Assembly: GCF_006345805.1 (NCBI RefSeq)
Contig: NC_043002.1
Location: 2,852,001 to 2,916,000 of the forward strand
DNA from: Octopus sinensis
Lineage: Eukaryota
Length of the DNA stretch: 64,000 bases
Direction: 5' to 3'
Position 1 is the first letter of the stretch. Each line of letters begins with the position of its first letter. The notes under the pieces were generated by a model that saw only the letters and a list, made by a program, of their open reading frames with translations, was not told the origin of the DNA and searched no databases. Below, one piece after another: positions 1 through 11,747 of this stretch. Both the position numbers and the translations under genes were made by a program.

Positions 1-250
1 GGGTTCTGCCCCCTTTAAGCCATCTGAAATTCAAACCAAACATATTGCATTATACCCGCCCTTATGCATTGAATCTAAGTTTCAAATATCATAAGGATCC
101 ATTCAGAAATTTTGGTCCATGAAATTTTATGAAACACACAGCATTACCCTTCTCCTTGGGCTTCGATTTTGTGTGACAAATTTCATTATGATCGGTGCAG
201 CAGTTTTCGAATGTATAAGTAATACACGAACACATAAAGACATTGTCTTT
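1..250 (+). mobile_element. Probable 3' part of a non-autonomous Helitron/Helentron-type element, cut by the window edge
   Basis: Ends tgtgtgacaaatttcattatgatcgg..cagcagttttcgaatgtataag..acacgaacac.., resembling the terminal layout of Lep1/DINE-like elements. Recognised from memory only. Confidence 0.3.
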
Positions 251-311
251 GATATGATAAATATGAATGTACACATATACATTCATGTATATATATGTTT
301 GTGTGTGTGTA

Positions 312-313
<2 letters not shown>

Positions 314-385
<72 letters not shown>
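314..385. repeat. (TA)n microsatellite
   Basis: Directly visible; one of many similar tracts (e.g. 2608-2680, 22420-22477, 28530-28610, 31300-31408, 36985-37080, 37318-37530). Confidence 0.98.
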
Positions 386-396
<11 letters not shown>

Positions 397-414
397 AAGA
401 TAAATTGGTAGATA

Positions 415-605
415 CAACTGAATGGGCAAACAAAAATATGAGACACAGCGTAGTGCTTTTTTATGTTGATAAGCCTGGTACTTATTCTATTAGTTTCTTC
501 TTGTGAAACCAGTAAGTTATGGGGATGTAAATAAACGAACAGCAGTCGTGAAACAGTGATGAGGGTGAAACACAGAAACAAATTCACACACATACACTTA
601 AATAT

Positions 606-642
<37 letters not shown>

Positions 643-684
643 ATTGATTTCTTTAAGTTTCTGTCTACGAAATCCATATATATG

Positions 685-719
<35 letters not shown>

Positions 720-731
720 CATGTATGTATG

Positions 732-763
<32 letters not shown>

Positions 764-1178
764 TGTATGTATGTATGTATAAACACGCACACACACACAA
801 AAATAAATTGTGAGGGCAAACAAAAATATGAGATACTGCCTAGTGGGTTTTTTTTTTATTTTGATAAGCCTGGTACTTATTCTATCAGTTTCTTCATGTG
901 AAACCAGAAAGTTATGGGGATGTAAGTAAACGAACACCAGTTGTGAGGCAGTGATGAGGGAGAAACATAAAGACACACACACAGACTTACATATATACAT
1001 ACATATATATACAATTGATTTCTTTCTGTTTCTGTCTACAAAATCCACTGACAAGGCTTTGGTTAGTCTGAGGCTATAGCAGAAGACACATGCCAAGTCA
1101 CCACACAGTGGGACTGAACTGAGGACCATGTGTTTTGGAACCAAGTTTGTTACCACACAGCCACACCTGCACCTATGT
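415..1178 (-). mobile_element. Decayed tRNA-derived SINE (family B) with an internal ~390 bp tandem duplication
   Basis: The block gggcaaacaaaaatatgag..gataagcctggtacttattcta..aagtttctgtctac occurs at ~423-680 and ~815-1045. The tRNA-like head (gtggctgtgtggtaa..ggttcagtcccact on minus) is at 1050-1178. Confidence 0.75.
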
Positions 1179-1699
1179 ATGTGTGTGTGTGTGTGTATGT
1201 ATGTATGGGTGTATATATGTATGCATGTGTATATGTGAATATATATGTGTACATATTACATGTACATCTATATATATGTACATCTACACATATAGATGTA
1301 TACATATACATCTATATGTATAGAAATAAATGTATGCATATACAGTTATACACACATACACACACACACATACATAGGTGCAGGTGTGGCTATGTGGTAA
1401 CAAACTTTGTTCCAAAACACATGGTCCTGGGTTTAAATTTAAATTTAAAATAATAAGGGTGAGAATTTATATGTTAATGTCATTAATATGAATTGAAAAC
1501 CAGTGGTGTAGCATATAAGACCATAGCGGATCTTCTTCTAGCAAAATGGATGTCCACTGTTAATGGTTCATCCCTCTTATATAATAGTTTAACTTTAATA
1601 GTTTCAGTATTAAAGTGAAAGTATCTGACATTACAATAGAGATGTTTTTGTTTCACTTTTGACACGTAATACTGAAATAGTGGAGAAGATATGATATTG

Positions 1700-1866
1700 C
1701 TGTGGGCTCGCCCTAGGCAAGAAGTTAGAAATTTTTGCCCATGACATTATATGGACCCTAAGTAAGGCATGTGTAAAATTTGAATGAAATTGGTTGTGTA
1801 GTTCTCAAGTTTTAGGGATTCACACAGACAGACAGACGCACATACTCAGTTTTATATATATATAGA
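1700..1866 (+). mobile_element. 3' end of a non-autonomous Helitron/Helentron-like element
   Basis: catgtgtaaaatttgaatgaaattggttgtgtagttctcaagttttagggattcacacagacagacagac..ttttatatatatatag matches the typical subterminal motif + (GACA)n + TATATAG end. Confidence 0.45.
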
Positions 1867-1882
1867 AGATATATATATATAT

Positions 1883-1993
<111 letters not shown>

Positions 1994-1999
1994 TAGAAG

Positions 2000-2034
<35 letters not shown>

Positions 2035-2137
2035 ATTATATATATATATATACATTATATTTAATATATGTTTTCTAAAAAAATTTTAGCAATGGCCAGC
2101 ATATTAAAAAATACCTTTGCAAGTTAAACTTATAAGC

Positions 2138-2607
2138 AACTTATGAATAAGGGTAAACGACAACATTTCTAATGCCAAATATGCCGAAATTAGACACATT
2201 GTCCATAACCATTATAATTTTTCACAATACGCACGCTATTCAAAAAAGGCCGACAGGAATTTCTAAAACAATTCCACTATTACCATGTCGGACCGATTTC
2301 AGGGTTAGTTCGTAAGAACCCTCCCTTCGTCAGTGATAAATGTGGTAAAGAAATAAATGAGTAAGTATCTCAAATGAGTAAGTATCTCATTTATTCTTTA
2401 CCATATTTATCACTGACGAAGGGAGGGTTCTTATGAACTAACCCTGAAATTGGTCCGACATGGTAATAGTGGAATTGTTTTAGAAATTCCTGTCGACCTT
2501 TTTTGAATAGCGTGCGTATTGTGAAAAATTATAATGGTTATGGACAATGTGTCTAATTTCGGCATATTTGGCATTAGAAATTTTGTCGTTTGCCCTTATT
2601 CATAAGT

Positions 2608-2608
<1 letters not shown>
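2138..2608. repeat. Long near-perfect inverted repeat (foldback): arms 2138-2361 and 2386-2608
   Basis: The ~224 bp arms are reverse complements with few mismatches. The 24 bp spacer arises from a direct duplication of aaatgagtaagtatctc. Confidence 0.95.
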
Positions 2609-2680
<72 letters not shown>

Positions 2681-3361
2681 ATGTATTATATATTATTTGT
2701 ATCATATCTAATCGTATGTACCATATATTTCATATTATGAATATCATATATCAACGTACATGTATTAACATTAAAATACCAAAAGTCCATATCAGGTGTC
2801 ATTTCATTTTCTTACTTTTATAAACTACATGAAACGCATTAAAAGTCAACATATTTGGTTTTCATGACTTTTCATAAATTTTACTGTTGTTCGTTTTGAT
2901 AAATTCCATTATTTGATATTTTATGTAGTTTTCTTAAAATCCTTATATCTACCAAGAAAGGCAATAAAAATAATTGGCGCTTATAATGTCAATGTCTAAC
3001 AAACGTGAAGTGGTCTTTAAAGATATAGTTTTCAAAATAGCAAATCTATGTGTACAACGGGTAATCTAATCGTTTTAATAAGAACCCAGCTCACTCCACT
3101 CGGTACACTAACATTTGTAGTTATTCTTTTACGTAATTTTAGACGATGTAGACCAAATTCTAGGAGATATATTTTCAAAATTGAAAATAGGGGTTTGAAG
3201 GGGAAAATAATACAACAGGAATAAAAAAAAAAGAGAAACGGAATGAAAAGAGGAGATAAAATGCATAAAACAATAAGAAAAAAAAACATGAAATAGATTA
3301 ATACCGAAATATTTAAGAGACGAGACAAAATCATTCGGAGGAACAAATAAACATACTCGTT

Positions 3362-3571
3362 TCTACTCGAGGAATAAGGTTCGAAATTTTTGGAGAGGCG
3401 GGGGCCAGTCGATTAGATCGACCCCATAACGCAACTGGTACTTAATTAATCGATCCCGAAAGGATGAAAGACAAAGTCGACCTCGGCGGAATTTGAACTC
3501 AGAACGTAAAGGCAGACGAAACACCACTAAGCATTTCGCCCGGCGTACTAACGTTTCTGCCAGTTCGCCGT
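3362..3571 (-). mobile_element. tRNA-derived SINE family A, monomer
   Basis: Head ggcgaactggcagaaacgttag and body ctgagttcaaattccgccgaggtcgactttg..ttcatcctttcggg..gattaattaagtaccagtt on the minus strand. Confidence 0.9.
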
Positions 3572-3572
3572 C

Positions 3573-3801
3573 TTAATCCTTTCGTTACTCTATTTCTGTA
3601 GAGATGTTCTGTGTTTCTTTCAATTACTTTAAATATAACAAAGAATTTAGTAAAATAACTTGGTTATCATTCAGTTAGTGTTAGGAACATAAATTGTGAC
3701 TAAGGTTTGGTGGAAGATTTTAATTCAAAACTTATGAAAACAAGACATTTGTAATACAGAGCCAGAGGCGGTTTCAGCTGGGTTGGTATCGAAAGGGTTA
3801 A
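3573..3801. mobile_element. piggyBac-type MITE
   Basis: TTAA at 3573-3576 and 3798-3801 flanking imperfect 13 bp terminal inverted repeats (TIRs): tcctttcgttact versus the reverse complement of ggtatcgaaaggg. Confidence 0.6.
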
Positions 3802-4439
3802 ACAAATAAATACTTTGACAAACAAAGGGAATTGAAAAGAAGTTTTGAAATTCTCTGTCAGAACAGCAATAGACAGAACTACCAAAGCAAAAGTACAACA
3901 GAGATAAAACTTACTGTTAGTCAAACAAATCAGGGAAAATTGCAATTCGATAGTAAGAAAATATATATATATATATGCTGATAAAACTACAAAAACAATT
4001 GGGTAAAAAAAAGAAGATAAAATCCAAGCACCATTTATATTTAGCAATTATTTAGCAAGAGGGGAATATCAGTGACCTCATAGCCTAGAAACTTGCACAA
4101 ATGATTGAAACAAGAGACTCTGTTAAAAGTGCACAAAGGTTACGCGTTGAGTTTTCCGGGCCGCGATTCGTCAACCTTCATTAAATAGTTGAAGTCACTA
4201 TTGTTGTTTATTCTTTTCTCCGTTCAGATTTTTTTTTTTAGGTTTTGCAGAATTATACATTTATGGAATCTTCAGAGCATGAAGAAACCAAAAATTGATG
4301 TTAGCATCACTCTTAAATGGCTGACATTTTAGAATTTCAAAATGGTCACCATATTTTGCAATATCTTGACTTGTAGTCAATTCAAGAACATAACTAAATA
4401 GATTTATCCTATGTCTTATAGATCAAAATAACAACCGTT

Positions 4440-7400
4440 GACATCTTTAGGGCTTCCTTCAGTTGTTACTTTACCAAGATTCCGCTCAATAAGGCCTTAT
4501 ATGAGAAAGGAACCAGTTACTGGATTCAAGGAATGAAATGGACAGTTTCTGTTGGCTGGATGAGCTACAAATTGTAACTGCTTCATTGGAGGCAAGCAGT
4601 GCATCCATTCTTGGGTCGGTGAATTTAAACTGATGTATATGGCCCCGAGAACTATTGCGAGATCTTTGAACTCATATTGATACCTATTTCTTTACTGCCC
4701 ACAGGGGGCTAAACACAGAGGGGACGAACAAGGACAGACAAACGGATTAAGTCGATTACATCGACCCCAGTGCGTAACTGGTACTTAATTTATCGACCCT
4801 GAAAGGATGAAAGGCAAAGCCGACCTCGGTGGAATTTTATCTCAGAACGTAGCGGCAGACGAAATACCTATTTCTTTTAAACCCACAAGGGGCTAAACAC
4901 AGAGGGGACAAACAAGGACAGACATAGGTATTAAGTCGATTACATCGACCCCAGTGCGTAACTGGTACTTAATTTATCGACCCCGAAAGGATGAAAGGCA
5001 AAGTCGACCTCGGCGTAACGTAACGCAGACGAAATACCGCTAAGCATTTCGCCCGGCGTGCTAACGATTCTGCCAGCTCGCCGCCTTCTCATATTGATAT
5101 CTGGCTCTGTGTGAAGTTCGCCTGGACAAGTTCTGCACAGAAAATCCAAACTTTGAATTCATCTGCTCAAAGTCAATGAATAAGTTCAAGCAAAGCTTTT
5201 GGAAAAGTCAACGATTGACAGAAGCACGGCTCCAGGATGTTCCGCTAATGACAATACCAACCTAGACCAAACCCTCATGGATGAACATGTAACTGAGATG
5301 TTGAAAGCCTAGAAAGAATAACATTCTAACGCTATATCCAGTCAAGTCAATAGCCTTCTCGAAGATATCTGGCTTCTCCTAGAAATTCCGATACAGTCCC
5401 CCACTTGTATACGGGAAAAATAGAAATTGAGCTTTTCTTTGTCCAAAATTGGACGAAATACAAACGCCTTTGACCGCCATACATCGCAGGATCTGAAGAG
5501 AAACTGCCCAGAATTGTGACATGAACTTCAAGACAGGAATACATATGTGGCAGTAAAATATTGTTTGTCTCCCTTTGTACAAACAATGTATGCGAATAAC
5601 TAAGTAATACGTTAACTCTGGGTTAATTGGTATTTCTAATAAACGCCAATGTATGGTAGTGGTCGACCACAACAGAAATGTCACACCTCAAAACAAAGTT
5701 TAAGGGTTAAATTAGTGTCCCTGCTCATAAACTTTAAGAACATCACAAGGTAGATGTAGAGACTGTCATGAACCATATCTTTAACGTCAAATCTATCACA
5801 GAATCACGAAAATCTCTTTGATATGGAGGGTAATCAGTTCACGATGTAAGTTCTTCATGAGAGAGTCCTATAGGATGTTGAAAATCGATGAAAGAGACCA
5901 GAAACACGATAAAGAATACATTGTCAAACATCTCTCGTTGAAGATGTCGGTCTGTGGGCCGCAGTCGAGAAGAATGAGAACGCTGTGCTTTTGTCAGGAA
6001 ACAAGAAGCAAATTGCTATGGTTGGCGACCAGTGAATGGATCTGAAAGAAATAAAAGAAAGTCAAGATCGGATTTTTGGTTGTCATCGAGTCAAAAGGAT
6101 ACAACAGGAACCTATGAGTTTCCTCTGAATCGCAGAACATTACTTTCCCTGAATGGAACCATTCTTGTACAACCATTTTTGTGTGAAAAAGCTTGAAACA
6201 AACAAGAGCCATTAGAATGCACAGACAGCAACATCTCAGAAACATCTTCAGCTTCCTCCGAAGTCCTCAAATTACTGTTGTGAATGGATTCAAGAATTCA
6301 GTGTCAGACATCTGGTGTTGACGAAGCTATTTCCTGGCACCTAAAAAGCTGAAGCATCAAAAGGAAAAACAAAATAGAAACAACAAGACAAGTATCATTT
6401 CTTCAGGAACAGTCAAGTGATGACGTCCATAGTAAACACGCTAAAGGAGTCACTTCCTCTCTGATGAAAAACGTGAAAACAGGAGTGTCTAAATACCAAT
6501 ACTCAAAATTAACACAAACTCTTAAAGTTAGTCTTTACGTTGGCGTTAACCCAGACAAAAAGCCGTGTCTGCAGAATTGTTTTAAGGCGAATTTTCCTGC
6601 AGAAATGTTTATGGCGAAATTTCCTATAACCACAAAAATCAACTTCTCGTATTACAGTCTGAAGATAAGAACCATAGTAAGGTTGGTATTAATCTGCTAA
6701 GTAGCATTGTCTACTGACAAAGGTATGGTTTTCTTTGGTGTGTTGGTTCTGGTTGTTTTATATGCGGCCATCTCTGCCACTTCACTAAGGTACGTATGGT
6801 ATCAGGTTCTTTAGAGACAGAACCAGTTTGGAATGCGCTGGGTAAACACAAGACAACAGAGTTACCCTTATTCCACACATTCAATGGAGCTAACATAGTT
6901 GGGAGGTTTTCTAGAGTAGGCTAAAACAAGTGTTTGAACCATTCATGAAGGTGCGTATGCATACACCCAGACTTATTCCCCGTTTTTTAGGAGGGGGTTG
7001 CCACAAGACTCACACCAGACATTCCATTCATTTCCCAGCTCAAAAAGGTGAGCCCCGTCCAATGTTCGGGTCAAGGCATAGAACGCAACCCCCACTATTA
7101 GCAGCGGGACCCGACAGCATATGCTGGTTTACTCCCGCCGCATCATGCTGGTTCGTACCCCTTTGAGCAACATCAAATTCACTCATCCATCCACAAACAC
7201 TCTCCAAGCTTCCCTATCATGAAAATGGAAAGGAATATTATCTCAGCTTTTATAAAACTGACAGACGAAGGTGATTGAAAACAGGAAGTGAAAGAGACAT
7301 CGACAAGTTTAATATGCTTATTGTACGGTCCAAAATGTCATCTACGGAATAAGTTACGCTGGCTTTAGGTAACATCTCGCAGAAGGTAATGACTTGTTTC

Positions 7401-7540
7401 CTACCGTTGATGCCTTTGAGGAGTAGACTGAGTATGTGCACATAGAAAGTGAAGTGTGAAGTGTGGAGCCAAGCCACTTTGATGTGGCACCGTTTTTTCA
7501 ACTCAAGTCAAATGGCTATAATGAGGTACTATCTTATCAG
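4440..7540 (+). pseudogene. Heavily decayed large transposase-like ORF with a C-terminal FEN1/XPG-like (PIN, H3TH) motif; interrupted by a SINE (4681-5087) and a ~250 bp insert (~6950-7200)
   Basis: Manual translation across frameshifts gives collinear motifs NKALYEK, DELQIVTA, DVYGP, AFDRH, SGLIGISNK, GTYEFPLNRRTLLSLNG, ALGKHKTTELPLFHTFNGANIVGRFSRVG* (6820-6924), LICLLYGPK and AEGNDLFPTVDAFEE. The order matches a family of hypothetical, often CXC-annotated proteins of invertebrate genomes as I recall it. Confidence 0.55.
4681..5087 (-). mobile_element. SINE family A, head + two tandem ~185 bp bodies, with a 10 bp target-site duplication (TSD)
   Basis: CTCATATTGA at 4671-4680 and 5088-5097. 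The internal junction reads aagaaatagg|tatttcgtc on the minus strand. Confidence 0.92.
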
Positions 7541-7579
7541 GCTCCGTAGTGGAGTTTATTAGGGCCAAGCAGTCCCCAA

Positions 7580-7912
7580 CTCTCCGTCAGTTACAATGAC
7601 TTTGGGTTCCAGTTGATTCGATCAACGGAGCAGCCTGATCCTGAAATTAGCATGCAAATGGCTGAGCACTCCACAGACACACGTACCCTTAACGTAGTTC
7701 TCAGAAAGATTCAGCGTTGACGCAGAATGTGACAAGGCTGGCCCCTGGAACCAAAGGTACGACTTATTTTTTCCAGCTGAGTGAACTGGAGCAACTTGAA
7801 ATAAAGTGCCCAACGTGAATAAAGTGCCAAGGACACAACGCGCCGACGGGAATCGAACTCACGAGCTTACACTTGCGAGTTGAATACCCTTACCACTAAG
7901 CGACACGCCTTC
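7580..7912 (-). mobile_element. tRNA-derived SINE family C
   Basis: Minus strand ggcgtgtcgcttagtggtaagggtattc..gagttcgattccc..gtgtccttggcactttatt..ctacgttaagggtac; same family as 36627-36930. Confidence 0.85.
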
Positions 7913-9059
7913 ACAGTGTTATACATCTGTGGACTTTCAGCATTGAGAAATGGCAGGGGACACGACTTGCAGACACCTTTGTATAGAAGAGACGGCCAAA
8001 ATGGCACAGACAGTAATGCCGAAAATTACATTCAAGACTGGAATGAAAATCTATAATTGAATAATGCTGAACGATATGAACGTCGTAGATAATGCTTATA
8101 GAATTTTAAATTGAATCTAAGAACTAGCCAACTGTTTTCTTCCTTTCATAAACTCGTGCCTAAAACTTCAGAGAACTTGCAACGTGTCTTATACAGTAAA
8201 GTCACAAATACTGACGACGATAGTTTTCAGCTATACTTGTTGGTTTTTCTATTATCTATTATCTTAAGCATTATTTTTGGCCTTTATCCGATTCTTTGGC
8301 CAAGAAAACATAGGATTAGCAGACTTAATTAAATTTCTAGATCGACTACGAGTCGAGGTATATTTATTTGTGGCGTCCATTTTGAAAATGCAAAATGGCG
8401 TTTATGTTGTTGCCTGGACAAATAGCAACATTGATTTTTCGGATTCTCCATGCTCTGATGATTCTAAAATGTTGAGGTTTGCTAATCTCCAAAAATTTTG
8501 AATGAAATTACGTTTACTAAGTTAATGATTCTGACTCAAATGAGAATGAGATGCGACTCCAGTTTAGAAAAGAAGAAATCACGCAAGAACTACTGACTTT
8601 CGCGATTACTAAACACACCTTAATAAACAAATTAAGGAATTATAATTATGTGCAGCCATATTTAACATGTTCATGTGCATTTGCACATGGAAAGACAATA
8701 CACTGAAGAAGTAGTTTCTCCAGTATTTCTCTCCACTCGCTTATTCTTCGCTTCTCTCTTCTCCACACTCTCCCTTCCTTTCTCTCCCGCTTCCCCTCCT
8801 CCTCTCTATCTCTCCCTCTTCCCCTCCTCCTCTCTCCTCTCAATTCACTCCCAACAATAATTCTATATTTCTCTGTAATAACTGATTCTGACTGAAACGT
8901 TAGAATTTCCCTCTTCATCGCAGTAAACCAACAAACTCCCCTTTTGAACTGTTTCTATTCTTTGTAGATACTCTCTGTTGGTACTCCCTACTTATTAACG
9001 CTGTTCATCGCTAGTTACTTCGAATCCTATGATTAATTCTTATTGTTGTTGTTCTTGTT

Positions 9060-9782
9060 GTTGTTGCCTTCGCACAGCTTCTAACGCTGGAGATACACTA
9101 CCGTGTCAGATGTTCACTACAAGTGAACTCTGCTTTGAGTTTTGAGCTTCTCAACCATTGCTGGGATTTTTCTTTGTCTATTTCTTTTGCATTTAGTTTA
9201 GTCCAGTATTTACCGTGAAGGAGTTTTTCTTGCCATCGTTTTATCATGGTTCTTTGCTGTTCTAGTTTTAGTTTGGATTTCATTTGTTTTATAGCTTTTG
9301 TTGTTTCTTCATCTTCTTCTTCTTCTTCTTCTTTATATTTGTTAGGTAGTATGATTTCTTGCTTGTATTTGTCAGCTTCCTTAAATACTGAGAACAGTTT
9401 TTTGTTTTGCTCGTGTTTTGCCGCTATTTGTATCAGTTTTCCTTCCTTCTGAAGTAGATATTTTTGCAGTCCTATGGTGGTTATTTTATAGTAGTTTTCC
9501 AGCTGTATAAGGCTTCTACCACCTTCTATACGTTGTATATTATAGCCTTTCTATGTCAGATTTTGGGTGATGCGTCCTAGATCCGGTCATTATTTTTCTT
9601 GTTTTCCAATCTATTTTGGTTAGTTCATTTAGTGTCCAGTTAAGGATATTGTAGCTGTAACTTATAACTGGGACGGCTAAAGTGTTGATACCTATTATCT
9701 TGTTTTTAGCATTGAGTTCTGTTTTTAGTATTGATCTAACTCGTCTATAGTATTCTTTCTTTATTTTCTCTTTCATTTGTGT
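9060..9782 (-). mobile_element. R4/Dong-clade (RLE) LINE fragment, post-RT region
   Basis: KEYYRRVRSILKTELNAKNKIIGINTLAVPVISYS..HHPKSDIERLY..GGRSL..LHGKYW..WLRSSKLKAE. Flanked by (TAA)n at the 5' side (9786-9841) and (CAA)n at the 3' side. Confidence 0.88.
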
Positions 9783-9982
9783 GTGATTATTATTATTATT
9801 ATAATTAATATTAATATTATCATTATTATTATTATTATTATTCAGTAGTTTTATTTTTATAGCGTGCTTTCACTTCACTACCGAGCGCAACTCTGTGTGC
9901 CTTGGGTATGTGCTGTGATTTGTTGTGATGCTCTGAACAGCGAAGAACACGTCCAGCAGTCGTCAGGGCAGGCGCTTTTCTT

Positions 9983-10053
<71 letters not shown>
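9983..10053. repeat. (TAG)n microsatellite
   Basis: Directly visible; similar arrays at 11527-11588 and 18871-18938. Confidence 0.98.
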
Positions 10054-10349
10054 TTGAGTGAGAGAGCAGTGCATGCCATCAAATTGACATTGGGGTAAAA
10101 TATACAAAGCCCAGTATGCCCATCATGACTACCCGTCTGATAAGGGTACACAAGGCACATGCATCACAACCATATGTGCACGACGTGGTGATCTCATATC
10201 AAGATAAACAGCCACTAAGGGGCATGCTCAACTGGTTATGGTCAAATAACTGACAAGAAAAGCTGTGGTATTGAACTGAATATTTGCTGTAGCCCGTCTT
10301 TTATACCAGGTGGTATTGAGCAGAATGTTGTTGTTGTTGATGTTGTTGT

Positions 10350-10735
10350 TATTCGGTGAAAAAACTCACAACTTATTTTGCAGGTTTGATGGAAAGTGTC
10401 AGCTGTCCATAGCCAGCAGACTAATGTGACACCTGTTTACTGGTCAAGAACCCTGCCAAGAATTCTTGCAGTTCCAAGCAATGCTGATTCTTGTAGGTCT
10501 TCTACCTTCACATTTGCCCCAATCTTTTCTGGCCATGTTCGTAGTCGAGTGCTGACACTTCAAAGTGCACCAACTGCATTAACCACAACCTTCGTATATC
10601 CCACTTCAAATCGTCGAAGTTGTTCCGTTTTTCTTCTTCTTTCTCTTTGATTTTGTTGTCACCAGGACATGGAATATCGATTATCATACACGTTCTTTCT
10701 TCTTTTTTTTACCACAACAATGTCCGATTTCTATT
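10350..10735 (-). mobile_element. R4/Dong-clade LINE 3' end (RLE C-terminus + 3' UTR)
   Basis: Minus translation with frameshifts: IVVVKK..IIDIPCPGDNKIKEKEEEKRNNFDDLKWDIRRLW..AVGAL..EKIGANVKVEDLQESALLGTARILGRVLDQ*. Followed by a (CAA)-type tail. Confidence 0.85.
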
Positions 10736-10744
10736 ATCATTATT

Positions 10745-10895
10745 TACGTTAAAATTCCGCCGAGGAAAACTCTGCCTTTCATCCCTTTGGGGGTTGATAA
10801 AATAAGTACCAGTTACGTAGTTGGGTTGACGTAACCGATTTGCCCCCAACCCACAAAAAATTTCACGCTTTGTGCCTATAATAGAAAGGATTATT
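10745..10895 (+). mobile_element. SINE family A, 5'-truncated
   Basis: aaattccgccgagg..gcctttcatccctttgggggttgataaaataagtaccagtt. Confidence 0.75.
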
Positions 10896-11334
10896 GTTAT
10901 TTATATCTTTCTCTAAGCCGCGGGTAAATCTTAAATCCCATCTTTTCATTACTTGAAAGCAGGTAATAACAAGAATTCCCTTAGGGCACGAGCTGTTCCC
11001 AACGAAACTGCTTTTGTTGTTGTTGTTGTGGTGGTGGTTGTTGTTGTTCCTGTTGTTGTTGTTGTTGTTGTTGTTGTTTACATCAGCGTTGCTTTCTTTC
11101 TCTTCGAACTGTTCCCTCGCAGCCCTCGAGCGAGTTGGACCTTTGACTGTGAATGTTATTTATGGGAAGGAGACCAGAATCTGAGAACTAAAATTCTATT
11201 AAATTTGTAATGTTTCAGTTTTGAAAGAGTTTTAAGAAGAATCAGGTATTTTCAAGTGGACATTGTCTTCCTTAGAATGCGGGCGGTACCTGTGAGAGCA
11301 ATGTTTTTGCAGTTCTGATGCCATGGGGTTTCCT

Positions 11335-11470
11335 AAAGCTGGCAGAATCGTTAGCGCACCGGACGAAATACCTTGCAGCGTTTCTTCACGCTCTTTCTGT
11401 TCTAAGTTCAAATACCGCCGAGCTCAACTTTGCCTTTCAGGGTCGAGGAAATAGAGTACCAGTTGACCCC
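11335..11470 (+). mobile_element. SINE family A, decayed
   Basis: agctggcagaatcgttagcgcaccggacgaaat..gttcaaataccgccgag..agtaccagtt. Confidence 0.75.
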
Positions 11471-11527
11471 TGTAATCGGGTAACATCCTCTACATGAAAC
11501 AGCTGGCCTCGCGGCAAAATTTGAAAC

Positions 11528-11590
<63 letters not shown>

Positions 11591-11700
11591 CTTTTCTTGT
11601 TAATCTTATTTTTGAGATGAGAACTAAGTTATTCTTGTGTGAGTGCGAATCGCACAAGATGTCTTGCGTGAAGAGCAAATAACTTAATCCAATTATTTTA

Positions 11701-11747
<47 letters not shown>

